From positions 4,047-68,046 of the forward strand of contig CAZEAN010000007.1 of the NCBI GenBank assembly GCA_964510225.1: a DNA stretch of 64,000 nt, given 5' to 3'. The notes under the pieces were generated by a model. The model was not told the origin of the DNA. It was given only the letters and a program-made list of their open reading frames with translations, and ran no database searches. Shown here in pieces: positions 10,694-19,401 of this stretch. The DNA is from an uncultured Isosphaeraceae bacterium. Lineage in GTDB: Bacteria > Planctomycetota > Planctomycetia > Isosphaerales > Isosphaeraceae. Positions within the stretch are counted from its first letter, which is position 1; every line of letters starts with the position of its first letter. Made by a program: the position numbers and the translations under genes.

Positions 10694-11842
10694 ATGGATG
10701 GGGTACTCAGCGCAGCTCAGCAGGGTTGGTTTGACATCGCCCGGAAGTTCGCCGCCGCGGAGCTGAGCGACGACGTCATCGAACGGGACCAGGAAGGGAC
10801 GTTCTGGCGTGATGGTTATCGCGCCTGTGGCCGGAACGGGATCCTCGGGCTGACGGTCCCTCGACAGTACGGTGGCCAAGACGTTGATCTCCCGACGGCG
10901 GTCGCCGCAATGGAAGGGCTTGGCTACGGATGTGCCGATACCGGCCTTGCGTTTGGGCTCAATGCCTCGCTCTGGACGGTGACGATGCCGATCCTGACCT
11001 TTGGCACCGAGGATCAAAAGCGGCGCTGGTTGCCCGGCCTCTGTGATGGGACCTTGTTTGGCGCGAATGCCGCGAGCGAACCCAGCGCCGGCTCGGACAT
11101 CTACGCGATGAAGACAGAGGCCGAACAACGGAGCGATGGCTCCTGGGTCTTGAACGGTCGGAAGATCTGGATCACCGGCGGTCCGGTCGCTGACGTCTTC
11201 TTAGCCTTCGCGACGATCGACTCCAGCAAAGGGGCGTTGGGGCTGACGGCCTTCATCATCCCTGGAAACACGCCCGGTCTTCGCATCGTCCGCACGATCA
11301 ACAAGCTGGGAATGCGCACGGCCCCGATGGCGGAGATTGCCTTCGAGGACTGCGTGGTGCCGTCGGAAGGGCTCCTCGATCGGCCCGGCCGCGGCGCTCG
11401 GATCTTCAACGCCGCCTTAGAATGGGAACGCGGCGCGATTCTCGCCCCGGCCTTGGGGACGATGCGGCGTCAATTGGAACGCTGCATCGAGCACGCCCGC
11501 AAGCGGAGTCAGTTCGGCCAGCCGATCGGCAAGAACCAGGCCGTCTCGCATCGGATTGTCGACATGAAACTCCGCCTTGAAACATGCCGACATCTCGTTT
11601 ATGCCTTCGCATCCAAGAAAGGCCGAGGCGAGGATGCCACCCTCGAAGCAGCGCTGGCCAAGCTTCATGTTTCTGAGACGTTCGTGCAGAACAGTCTCGA
11701 CGCCGTCCGGACATTCGGCGCCAGTGGTTATATGACGGAAACCGGCCTGGAGCGTGATCTCCGCGACTCAGTGGGCGGCGTGATTTTCTCAGGGACCAAC
11801 GACATTCAGCGCAATATCATCGCCGCCCGACTCCGGCTCTGA
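10694..11842 (+). CDS. Acyl-CoA dehydrogenase family protein
   Basis: 'GANAASEPSAGSD', 'NGRKIWITGGPVADVF', 'QFGQPIGKNQAVSHRIVDM', 'IFSGTNDIQRNIIA'. Confidence 0.9.
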   Translation: MDGVLSAAQQGWFDIARKFAAAELSDDVIERDQEGTFWRDGYRACGRNGILGLTVPRQYGGQDVDLPTAVAAMEGLGYGCADTGLAFGLNASLWTVTMPILTFGTEDQKRRWLPGLCDGTLFGANAASEPSAGSDIYAMKTEAEQRSDGSWVLNGRKIWITGGPVADVFLAFATIDSSKGALGLTAFIIPGNTPGLRIVRTINKLGMRTAPMAEIAFEDCVVPSEGLLDRPGRGARIFNAALEWERGAILAPALGTMRRQLERCIEHARKRSQFGQPIGKNQAVSHRIVDMKLRLETCRHLVYAFASKKGRGEDATLEAALAKLHVSETFVQNSLDAVRTFGASGYMTETGLERDLRDSVGGVIFSGTNDIQRNIIAARLRL

Positions 11843-11860
11843 TTGAGGGGGACCGTGTGC

Positions 11861-12589
11861 TCACTCCCCAGCAAGTCGGAGGATCAACGTGGTGGTGTAG
11901 CGGACCTGTTCGTACTCTTCCCCTTCGTCTTCGCCAGCGTTTTCAGGCTCGACAACGGTAGCGCGGAAGGCCCATTGGCCAGGGTCGACGCCAGTCAACT
12001 TGATCGAGCCCGACTTATTCGTGGTCAAATTGGCGCGGAAGCGTCCCGGGCCGCTCACGTTCACCTCGATTTTGGGGACGGCCTTGCCATGGTCAAAGAC
12101 CGTGAGCTTGAGATCGCTCCCCTTCAGTTCAGGGACGATATCGTAATCCAGCTCTGAGGAACGGCTGAGGGCGTTGAGCGCTTTCTCGTCGGTGGTATCG
12201 ATGAATTTCGCATAGTAGAAGAGTAAGGCGTTGATGTCGCCGTAGGGATAGACGCCGAACTTGCCGTAAGTCTCGATGCTCCGAGGAGCGGCGACGGCAA
12301 CCTCGGCGGTCTGATAACGCAGCTCGTCGCGCTTCACTTCGGTGAGTTCCAGCGGCATGATCCGGTCGGAAGCGAGGGAGCGGACCCAGGTCCGGGTCTT
12401 GCCTTCAAAGTCATCGACGTAGAAGCCGTCACCGGCCTTGGGGGCTTCTTCAAAAATCCAGACGGCGGTGTTGGCCGACTCGCCATCCAAGCCGGTAGCG
12501 ATCCAGAGGAAGTGGGCCGAGGCGATCGATTGAACGCCGAGGCTGATGACAATGCTGAGGAGCAGCGCAGTCCAAGGAAGCGAGCGCAT
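11861..12589 (-). CDS. Secreted DUF4198-like protein (possible periplasmic metal-binding beta-sandwich)
   Basis: The signal peptide ends 'SIASA|HFLW', a start I associate from memory with the DUF4198 family. The remainder is beta-rich with an acidic C-terminal tail. Confidence 0.45.
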   Translation of the reverse strand: MRSLPWTALLLSIVISLGVQSIASAHFLWIATGLDGESANTAVWIFEEAPKAGDGFYVDDFEGKTRTWVRSLASDRIMPLELTEVKRDELRYQTAEVAVAAPRSIETYGKFGVYPYGDINALLFYYAKFIDTTDEKALNALSRSSELDYDIVPELKGSDLKLTVFDHGKAVPKIEVNVSGPGRFRANLTTNKSGSIKLTGVDPGQWAFRATVVEPENAGEDEGEEYEQVRYTTTLILRLAGE

Positions 12590-12633
12590 GGTGGCAATTC
12601 TCCGTGCTCAAGGGGTTGGGAAACGGCCACAGT

Positions 12634-13524
12634 TTAGGGCTTGAGGAAGCGTTCCACAATCGAGCCGTAGGCGTCGATGCGACGATCGCGGAGGAAGGGC
12701 CAGTTCCGCCGGGTTTCTTCGATCAGGTTGAGGTCACAGGAAGCGACAAGGACTGCTTCTTGATCTTGGGAAGCTTGGGCGAGGACGCGGCCGAAGGGGT
12801 CGGCAATGAAGCTCCGGCCCCAGAATTCGAGGCCACCGTCAGCCGGTCCTTCGTGACCGATCCGGTTCACGGCAGCGACGAAGACACCGTTGGCAATGGC
12901 ATGGGCGCGCTGCATTGTCTGCCAGGAGTCGACCTGAGCGGCGCCGAACTCGGCTTTTTCGGCGGGATGCCAACCGATCGCGGTCGGATAGAAAATGATT
13001 TCCGCCCCTTGGAGTGCTGTCAGGCGGGCGGCCTCGGGATACCATTGATCCCAGCAGATCAAGGTGCCGAGCTGTCCTCGACTAGTGGGGAAGGTCTGGA
13101 ACCCGAGATCACCGGGGGTGAAGTAATACTTCTCAAAGTAGAGGGGGTCGTCGGGGATGTGCATTTTGCGGTAGATCCCGGCGAGGTCGCCGTCCCGCTC
13201 CAGTACGACGAGAGAATTGTGGTAGATCCCCGCCGTCCGTCGTTCGAAGACAGAGCCGACCACCACAGTCCCCAGCTCTCGTGCCACGGCGGCGAGGGCA
13301 TCGGTGGTTGGGCCCGGGATCGGCTCGGCCTGGTCGAAGTGGGCTGGATCTTCCGTCTGGCAGAAGTATTGGGTCCGGAACAGCTCCGGCAGGCAGACAA
13401 TCTCCGCCCCTTGTGCTGCCGCCTCACGGAGCAGTTGGATGGCCCGTTCGAGGTTCACCTCCGGCTCCGGGGCACAACGCATCTGGACAATGCCAAGTTG
13501 AATCTTGTTGGCGTGCTGGTTCAT
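12634..13524 (-). CDS. aguB: Carbon-nitrogen hydrolase, most likely N-carbamoylputrescine amidase
   Basis: Nitrilase-superfamily E-K-C triad context: 'IVCLPELF', 'IYRKMHIPD' and 'LICWDQWYPE'. aguA lies about 2 kb away. Confidence 0.8.
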   Translation of the reverse strand: MNQHANKIQLGIVQMRCAPEPEVNLERAIQLLREAAAQGAEIVCLPELFRTQYFCQTEDPAHFDQAEPIPGPTTDALAAVARELGTVVVGSVFERRTAGIYHNSLVVLERDGDLAGIYRKMHIPDDPLYFEKYYFTPGDLGFQTFPTSRGQLGTLICWDQWYPEAARLTALQGAEIIFYPTAIGWHPAEKAEFGAAQVDSWQTMQRAHAIANGVFVAAVNRIGHEGPADGGLEFWGRSFIADPFGRVLAQASQDQEAVLVASCDLNLIEETRRNWPFLRDRRIDAYGSIVERFLKP

Positions 13525-13618
13525 CGGCTGATGGGGTACGGTCTCACTGTGTGGTGGTGAACTGGTATTGCTTGGTCGTAGTCAGTGGTAGCCGTCTCCT
13601 TGGGCAGCGGTGACGACC

Positions 13619-16600
13619 TCACCCTCCCCGCAGTTTCTTCAGTTGGCCGCCGAACACCTGGACAATCCGTGGATCCTGGATCTCCCGCCCAATCTTCAGG
13701 GCCTGCTCGTAGTAGTCGATGGCCTTGGTGACCTCGCCGAGACGGGCGTAGGCAGAGCCCAGATTGCCGAGGAAGCTCCCCTCGCCTTGTCGGTCGCCGA
13801 TCTCCCTTGAGATGACCAATGCCTGCTCGTAGTAGTCGATGGCCTTGGTGACCTCGCCGAGACTGTCGTAGGCAATGCCCAGACTGCCGAGAGCCTTCCC
13901 CTCGCCTCGTCGGTAGCCGATCTCCCGGGCGAGGGACAGATACTGCTCGTAGTAGTCGATGGCCTTGGTGACCTCGCCGAGACGGGAGTAGGCAATACCC
14001 AGATTGCCGAGAGCGTTCCCCTGGCCTTGTCGATTGCCCGCGGCGCGGTAATGAGCGAGGCTAGCTTCCCAGTCTCGGATGGCACCGACCGCATCACCGA
14101 GGTGAATCAGTGCATTCCCACGCCGAAAGGCTGCGCTTGCTTGGATTGCTTCCGGGATGGCGTGGGCGTGGTCCGGATCTAAGAACGGTTCGATGAGGCG
14201 AAGTCCCTCACGGACTCGGCCCCGATCCTGCAGCCAGTCTGATGCCGCATCGAGCAAGGTTATGGCCCGTTCGTACGCGCCGGCTTCGAAGAGATGGTGA
14301 CCGGCTTCGATGTCGACATCGATATATGGAGAGTGCTTCGCTTTGGCTTCAAGGAAGGTGCCGATCCGCTCATGGGCCACGCGGCGGAGGGCTTCATCGT
14401 CCCCATGCCGCGTGACAATGTACCGGGAGGTGGCGGGGTGGATGGTGAAGTGACGGATCGGCTTTGGCAGTTCGGCTTTTGACTGTTTGATGATGAGATC
14501 GACGCTCTCCAACAGTGAGCTTTGGCGGAGGCGATCGGCGAGGGCTTCGACCTCGGCCTCCGGTGCTGCCGGATCGCCAAGCTGGAGCATCAATTCCCAG
14601 TCCCAAGGCTGACGCAGCAAGGTCATCCGGTAGAGCATCCGGTGCGCCGGGGGATCGAACACCTGATCCCAGAGGGCATCAAAAAGCAAGTCGTCCCGGA
14701 TCCGGTCATCGACCTGGGGCAGTACCGGCTCCATCAGGGTCGTCCATTCCCGCTGACGTTCCGTCTCATCCTTGCTATCGATCCCCTGCCAGGGGCCGCG
14801 TCGTCGCGCGTGTCGCTTCAACGCTTCCGCAAGCAATTCATCAGCGAATTGCACCGCCCGAGGATGCCCTTCGAGTTGATTCACCAGCCGTGCCCGCGAC
14901 GGGATCGAGAGGCGACGCAACGCCGGGAACCAACCGACCATCCGGAACAGATCAGCGGCCGGCATTACGTTCACCGGCAGTAATGCTTCGCCAAAATCCT
15001 CATGCTCGTAGCGACAACTCGCCAGCAGTTGCAGCTTCCCGGCCGATTGCCTGGCCAACTGATCGAGCCCCCGCCAAATGAACGCTAACCCCTCCGTCTT
15101 CCAAGCGGCAAACTCGGCGTCTTTGGCTTCCTCCGGTCCAATCATCAATGATTCAAGGTTGTCCACATAAACAACCAGTTGCTCCACGTTCTGCACCAGC
15201 ACACTGAGGTACGCCAAGAACTGTTGGCTCGGATCTGGTTCCACCTGCCGATCGACGGCGTGCGTGACCCCTTCCCACTCCAATCTGAACCGCTCTCGGC
15301 AAAAGTGAAGCAACTGCCCGAGTAGCTCGGCCGCGATGGGATCGTCCCCTTCCGTTGCCTTCTCGGCCTGGTCTCCCCAGAGAATCAACCAGGACTCCGC
15401 TGGACCCATCAGCTTCAGCGCCTGGAGTGCCAAGGTCGATTTCCCCAGGCCACCGAGCCCTTGGAGCACAATCGAGCGGTGCCCTTCCCGGGTCATCCGC
15501 CTTAGCTTGTGACGCTCGGTCCGACGTCCGATGAACCCCTCTTCCAAAATCTTGAATCGGCCCAGATCGCGATAACCCCGCTCCGGCAGGATCTCCCCGC
15601 TGGGTCGCTGTCCCAACTGTTTCGGCGTTGGGCTCAACGGTCGATCCGGTCCGTGGTGGTAGATCACCAACTGTGCCCAGGCAAACGGGGCCGGATCCTT
15701 CTCCGCCTCTCTTGTCCCCGCGTCACGATGAACCAGCTCTCCAGTAGCGACCGCGAGTGGTTCGGCCAACGCCAACCGTGCTTGGCGGACTCCAAACCCG
15801 GTGGGGTATCCATCAGCGATCGCTTGATAGAGCTTCTCCTCCGCGAGCGTCGACTTCACGTCTAAAATCGGCCCCGTATAGCCGAGAACCTGAGGGACTC
15901 CCGACTTATGGAGGCCGATCGCCACCGCCTCCAGCGCCGTCTGTTCCTGCCCATTCTCCCCGACTAACCGCCCCGATTCCTGACCGTAGCAGCTTGCGAG
16001 GTAGACAAAGCCAGGCAATTCCTTGGCGTCGGTCTTGGCTTTGAGGGATGTGACCAAGTCTTGCACGGAGACTGGGGCTTGCCGCCCTTCATCATCCTCA
16101 AAGACCAACACGCCGGGGGCACCGTGGCCCGAGAAGTGAATGCCAACGGGGCTGGTTTTCTTGTCTTCCACCAGCTCTTTCTCTTCCGGAGCGAGCCGCT
16201 GGGCGACTTTCACCTTCCCGATGAGGTCATCGAGCGTCCCCAGGTCGGTGGTTTCAGTAGGACAACGCCCGGCGAGTGCTTTGACGATCCGGTAGCTTTC
16301 CCCTTCGTAATCAAGCTTGCCCCCCTCCGGCGCCGCGACATGGACCACCAGCTTGAGCGGAATCGTCGGCTCGGGAATGACAGGCCGATCTTCCTTCAAG
16401 TTGTCTTCCCGGACCGTCCGGACGAGGTCGAGCATGCCCTCTTTGACCAAAAACCGGCCGTCGAGGCGGATCAACTCCCAAGGGAGACCAAGAAGGACCT
16501 CTTCATCAGCGCCCGATCGGATCGTGATCTTTGGCGTTGGTCGACCGGGATGGGTCGCCTCTTCGAGCCGGGTTGAGTCCTCTCCGAAGAGCAAGCTCCG

Positions 16601-17281
16601 CAGTGCATCGCCGATCACTCCCGCCGATTTGCCGATCTCACCACGCTCGAAGTCGTCCAGGTCCGGCTTCCGGAGGAGTTTGTCAAAACGATTCAGTGCC
16701 TTCTTGAGTTCATCATTTGTTAACCATGGCACCGGGACAGGTCGCTGTTGTCCATCCGATGATTGGACATTGATCGACCGCTCGTCCCCCTCTCCAATGG
16801 TGCTGAGATCGAAGATTAAATCCTGCGCGAAGGTGAGCCGTCGGGTGTCGCTTTCTTGGAGTTCATCGAGCCGGGCGATCCGTTGTGCCAGGAGCTTGGC
16901 GGCTCGTTCCGCGTCTTGATCCTGGGCATCGATCCACTGCAAGGGAGCCAGTAAGGGTTGAATATCCTTCTTTTCCAGCTCTTTCAAGAGCACCGGAAAG
17001 ATCCGCCCCTTGGGTCCGTACATCGCCAAGAAGCTGGTCCATTCGCGCTGTACCCAATGCCGTTCCGCCGATCCAGGCGTCAGCACTAAGGCGAGAAAGC
17101 GGCTCCGCCCTAATGCCTCATTGAGCACGACGACATGATTCTCACTCGCCTCGATGTCTTGCTCATCAAGAAACACCGAGAGCCCCTCTGTTTGCAAAGC
17201 CTTATTGAACTCACGAACCCATTCTTTATCCGGAGTTCCATGCGAAAGGAAGATATCAAACTGCTCAGGAGATTGTGACAT
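13619..17281 (-). CDS. TIR - CHAT (caspase-like) - STAND P-loop NTPase - TPR multidomain protein (NLR-like)
   Basis: TIR covers aa 8-118 ('FDIFLSHGTPDKEWV...RFLALVLTPGSAERHWVQREW'). CHAT covers about aa 305-545 ('IHFSGHG' with H386; 'FVYLASCYGQ' with C431). Walker A is 'GLGGLGKST' (K614) and Walker B is 'LVVYVDNLE'. The C-terminus carries 40-aa TPR units ('LGNLGIAYSRLGEVTKAIDYYEQ'). Confidence 0.85.
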   Translation of the reverse strand: MSQSPEQFDIFLSHGTPDKEWVREFNKALQTEGLSVFLDEQDIEASENHVVVLNEALGRSRFLALVLTPGSAERHWVQREWTSFLAMYGPKGRIFPVLLKELEKKDIQPLLAPLQWIDAQDQDAERAAKLLAQRIARLDELQESDTRRLTFAQDLIFDLSTIGEGDERSINVQSSDGQQRPVPVPWLTNDELKKALNRFDKLLRKPDLDDFERGEIGKSAGVIGDALRSLLFGEDSTRLEEATHPGRPTPKITIRSGADEEVLLGLPWELIRLDGRFLVKEGMLDLVRTVREDNLKEDRPVIPEPTIPLKLVVHVAAPEGGKLDYEGESYRIVKALAGRCPTETTDLGTLDDLIGKVKVAQRLAPEEKELVEDKKTSPVGIHFSGHGAPGVLVFEDDEGRQAPVSVQDLVTSLKAKTDAKELPGFVYLASCYGQESGRLVGENGQEQTALEAVAIGLHKSGVPQVLGYTGPILDVKSTLAEEKLYQAIADGYPTGFGVRQARLALAEPLAVATGELVHRDAGTREAEKDPAPFAWAQLVIYHHGPDRPLSPTPKQLGQRPSGEILPERGYRDLGRFKILEEGFIGRRTERHKLRRMTREGHRSIVLQGLGGLGKSTLALQALKLMGPAESWLILWGDQAEKATEGDDPIAAELLGQLLHFCRERFRLEWEGVTHAVDRQVEPDPSQQFLAYLSVLVQNVEQLVVYVDNLESLMIGPEEAKDAEFAAWKTEGLAFIWRGLDQLARQSAGKLQLLASCRYEHEDFGEALLPVNVMPAADLFRMVGWFPALRRLSIPSRARLVNQLEGHPRAVQFADELLAEALKRHARRRGPWQGIDSKDETERQREWTTLMEPVLPQVDDRIRDDLLFDALWDQVFDPPAHRMLYRMTLLRQPWDWELMLQLGDPAAPEAEVEALADRLRQSSLLESVDLIIKQSKAELPKPIRHFTIHPATSRYIVTRHGDDEALRRVAHERIGTFLEAKAKHSPYIDVDIEAGHHLFEAGAYERAITLLDAASDWLQDRGRVREGLRLIEPFLDPDHAHAIPEAIQASAAFRRGNALIHLGDAVGAIRDWEASLAHYRAAGNRQGQGNALGNLGIAYSRLGEVTKAIDYYEQYLSLAREIGYRRGEGKALGSLGIAYDSLGEVTKAIDYYEQALVISREIGDRQGEGSFLGNLGSAYARLGEVTKAIDYYEQALKIGREIQDPRIVQVFGGQLKKLRGG
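13681..14040 (-). repeat. Three in-frame 120-bp tandem units encoding the C-terminal TPR modules
   Basis: Periodicity is exactly 120 bp. The 41-bp core ctgctcgtagtagtcgatggccttggtgacctcgccgagac is identical at 13703, 13823 and 13943. Confidence 0.9.
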
Positions 17282-17366
17282 CTGACTGCGTCATCCATTT
17301 TTAAAGATACGATGCTATTTACAGACCAAATGCTTAACCTAGCCTACTCAAAGCTGGTTTAACGTT

Positions 17367-17405
17367 CCAGGTACCACCAATGAGAAGCTGTGCGGCGGTA
17401 CCTGG
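17367..17405 (-). terminator. Hairpin between the esterase gene and the TIR-STAND gene (weak terminator candidate)
   Basis: CCAGGTACC(a)CC pairs with GG(c)GGTACCTGG, giving a 9-bp perfect stem plus 2 bp after one mismatch and a 15-nt loop. There is no clear U-tract on the minus strand. Confidence 0.3.
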
Positions 17406-17420
17406 AATCTCATGAATCTC

Positions 17421-18341
17421 TTACTCGTCGCGGAGGAACTGCGGTAGCTCCCCTTCACCCTTGAGGTGTCGGTCGAAGAACCGTTCGGTTAAGAGGAAAG
17501 TGCGTTCGAGATCAGGATCAGGCCAACCGTGGCCGGCGTTGATCAAGAGTTCGACGCGCCCTTGGCCATTGGCATTGGTCATTGCTTCCGTGAGCTTGAT
17601 CGCCTGGGTTGTTGGGATCAGCGGGTCCTTGGTCCCTTGGAACGTGAGGATCGGCGGATCATCCTCCGATACGTAAGTGAGCGGTGAGGCCGCCTTCGAT
17701 TCGGCTGGCTTTTCTTCCTGAGATCCACCGATGAAGTCGGTGAGAAGCGGAACTGAAACGTCCGGGATATCGTCGGCGGTGAGGTCGGTCGGACCAAAGA
17801 AGTTGACCACCGCTTGAATCCGGGTGCTGGTGGAGTCGTCGGCATCGGGCCCTTCGAGACCGTCATCTGCGTCAGTGACACCGAGCATCAGCGCCAGATG
17901 GCCTCCCGCCGAGAACCCAACCGCACCGATTTTCTCAGGGTCGACATTATATTCCTCCGCATGCTTCCGGAGCCAACGGACCGCTGCCTTTACATCATGA
18001 ACTTGTGCAGGAAAGGTGTGCGTTGGGCAGAACCGGTACTGTGGTGAGACTGCGACATAACCGCCTTCGGCAAATCGGCTCAACAGATCGCGCAACTGGG
18101 CCTTGTCTCCTGCCCTCCAGGCTCCACCATGAATCGCCATGATCGCCGGAAATGGCCCATCACCAGTCGGCTTCGCGAGGTCGATCTTAAGTTCCTCTTG
18201 GTCGACCACGGTGTAAGTGATGTCCTCCACCGTTTCGACGTGACCATCCAGACCAAAGGCCGGACTGCAATTGATGGAGAGGCCGAGAGCGACCACCGTG
18301 AAGGCAAGGGTCGCTTGTACTGTGCGTTGAGAGAGTTTCAT
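17421..18341 (-). CDS. Secreted alpha/beta-hydrolase (esterase/lipase, hydrolase fold-3 type)
   Basis: Oxyanion motif 'HGGAWRAGD' and nucleophile elbow 'GFSAGGHLA'. The start was moved to the ATG at 18341 (MKLSQRTVQATLAFTVVALGLS signal peptide), which removes the 29-nt overlap with the upstream gene. Confidence 0.8.
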   Translation of the reverse strand: MKLSQRTVQATLAFTVVALGLSINCSPAFGLDGHVETVEDITYTVVDQEELKIDLAKPTGDGPFPAIMAIHGGAWRAGDKAQLRDLLSRFAEGGYVAVSPQYRFCPTHTFPAQVHDVKAAVRWLRKHAEEYNVDPEKIGAVGFSAGGHLALMLGVTDADDGLEGPDADDSTSTRIQAVVNFFGPTDLTADDIPDVSVPLLTDFIGGSQEEKPAESKAASPLTYVSEDDPPILTFQGTKDPLIPTTQAIKLTEAMTNANGQGRVELLINAGHGWPDPDLERTFLLTERFFDRHLKGEGELPQFLRDE

Positions 18342-18393
18342 CTGAGTTTTGCTCCAGGCTATCAGTTCAGGGAATCGGTTCCAGGGTACTACA

Positions 18394-19401
18394 CTAAAAC
18401 CAGAGTGTTTTATCAACAACATTCATGAGCGGTTTGTTGTTAACAAAACGCCTGACGTTCTCGACCAGAGTTTCAAGGTGTCGCGCGGCAATGACGGTTG
18501 AATAGCCGGCCGTGTGTGGTGTCAGAATGACGTTCGGGAAGTCCCAGAGCGGGTGGTCTGAGGGTAACGGTTCAACTTCGAAGACGTCGAGCGCGGCACC
18601 CCCAAGCTGATTCGATTGAAGTGCAGCGACGAGCGCATCGAGTCGGACGATCGGCCCTCGCCCGATGTTGATCAAGAAACTCCCCGGCTTCATCTGATCA
18701 AATGCAGCCGTATCGAACAATCCGATCGTCTCAGGCGTTTGTGGTGCCGCGATGACGACGAAGTCAGCATTCTTGAGAAGTTCGGGGAGTCGATCGATCG
18801 GCCAGATGACACTCAGCGGTATGTTTCGATCTACACGGTCGGGAAACCGATCGACCGCCAAAAGACTGATCCCAAAGGCCGAAGCACGGCGCGCAATCTC
18901 CGCCCCAATTGCACCGAGACCGACGATCCCCATCGTCGTTTCAGGAAGATAGATGGTGGCACGATCCATCGCGTTCACGGTTCCCGGACCAGATGCGAAA
19001 CTCACTCGTGCAGCTTCTCCACCCGCCGGTTCATAACGATGCTCCAGTTGCTGGCGAATGTAGGTGTGCAGGTTCCGCGCGAAGCAGAGCACATAGCCCA
19101 TTACTTGATCGGCGATCACGTCCCCGAAGAGACCTCGCATGTTGGTCAAGACACAAGGGTGTTCCACGAGCCCTGGGAACAGATAGTGTTCCAAGCTTGC
19201 CGTGAACGACTGGACCCACTTGAGTTCATCGGCTCTGTCGAGCATCGCAGCGGTGATTTTACCGAGTACGCCTGCGGTCCCGGGCATCGCCGCAATCGCC
19301 GCAACTTCGTCTGAAGCATTGACGACGGTGGCACCCGGACAAACTGCAGCGATCGCTTCCAGCCTCAAGTTATCGACAGCAGGGTGGATGACCAACTTCA
19401 T
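18394..19401 (-). CDS. D-isomer-specific 2-hydroxyacid dehydrogenase family protein
   Basis: NAD-binding 'GIVGLGAIGAEIARRA', 'INIGRGPIV', 'GAALDVFEVEPLP' and 'NVILTPHTAG'. Confidence 0.85.
   Translation of the reverse strand: MKLVIHPAVDNLRLEAIAAVCPGATVVNASDEVAAIAAMPGTAGVLGKITAAMLDRADELKWVQSFTASLEHYLFPGLVEHPCVLTNMRGLFGDVIADQVMGYVLCFARNLHTYIRQQLEHRYEPAGGEAARVSFASGPGTVNAMDRATIYLPETTMGIVGLGAIGAEIARRASAFGISLLAVDRFPDRVDRNIPLSVIWPIDRLPELLKNADFVVIAAPQTPETIGLFDTAAFDQMKPGSFLINIGRGPIVRLDALVAALQSNQLGGAALDVFEVEPLPSDHPLWDFPNVILTPHTAGYSTVIAARHLETLVENVRRFVNNKPLMNVVDKTLWF

Noticed and set aside
12604-13560. 318-aa plus-strand ORF.
   Set aside because: It lies exactly antisense to the well-supported carbon-nitrogen hydrolase (aguB). 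The translation is low-complexity G/E/V-rich with no motifs, a typical shadow ORF in GC-rich coding DNA.
13681-14040. Regularly spaced 41-bp identical repeats, which could be mistaken for a CRISPR-like array.
   Set aside because: The 120-bp period is in frame within a long ORF and encodes TPR modules. The 'spacers' are also homologous to each other.
17282-17420. AT-richer spacer upstream of the TIR-STAND gene as a possible genomic-island boundary.
   Set aside because: There are no flanking direct repeats, tRNA or integrase. The gene's composition looks like its neighbours by eye. It is more simply a promoter region.
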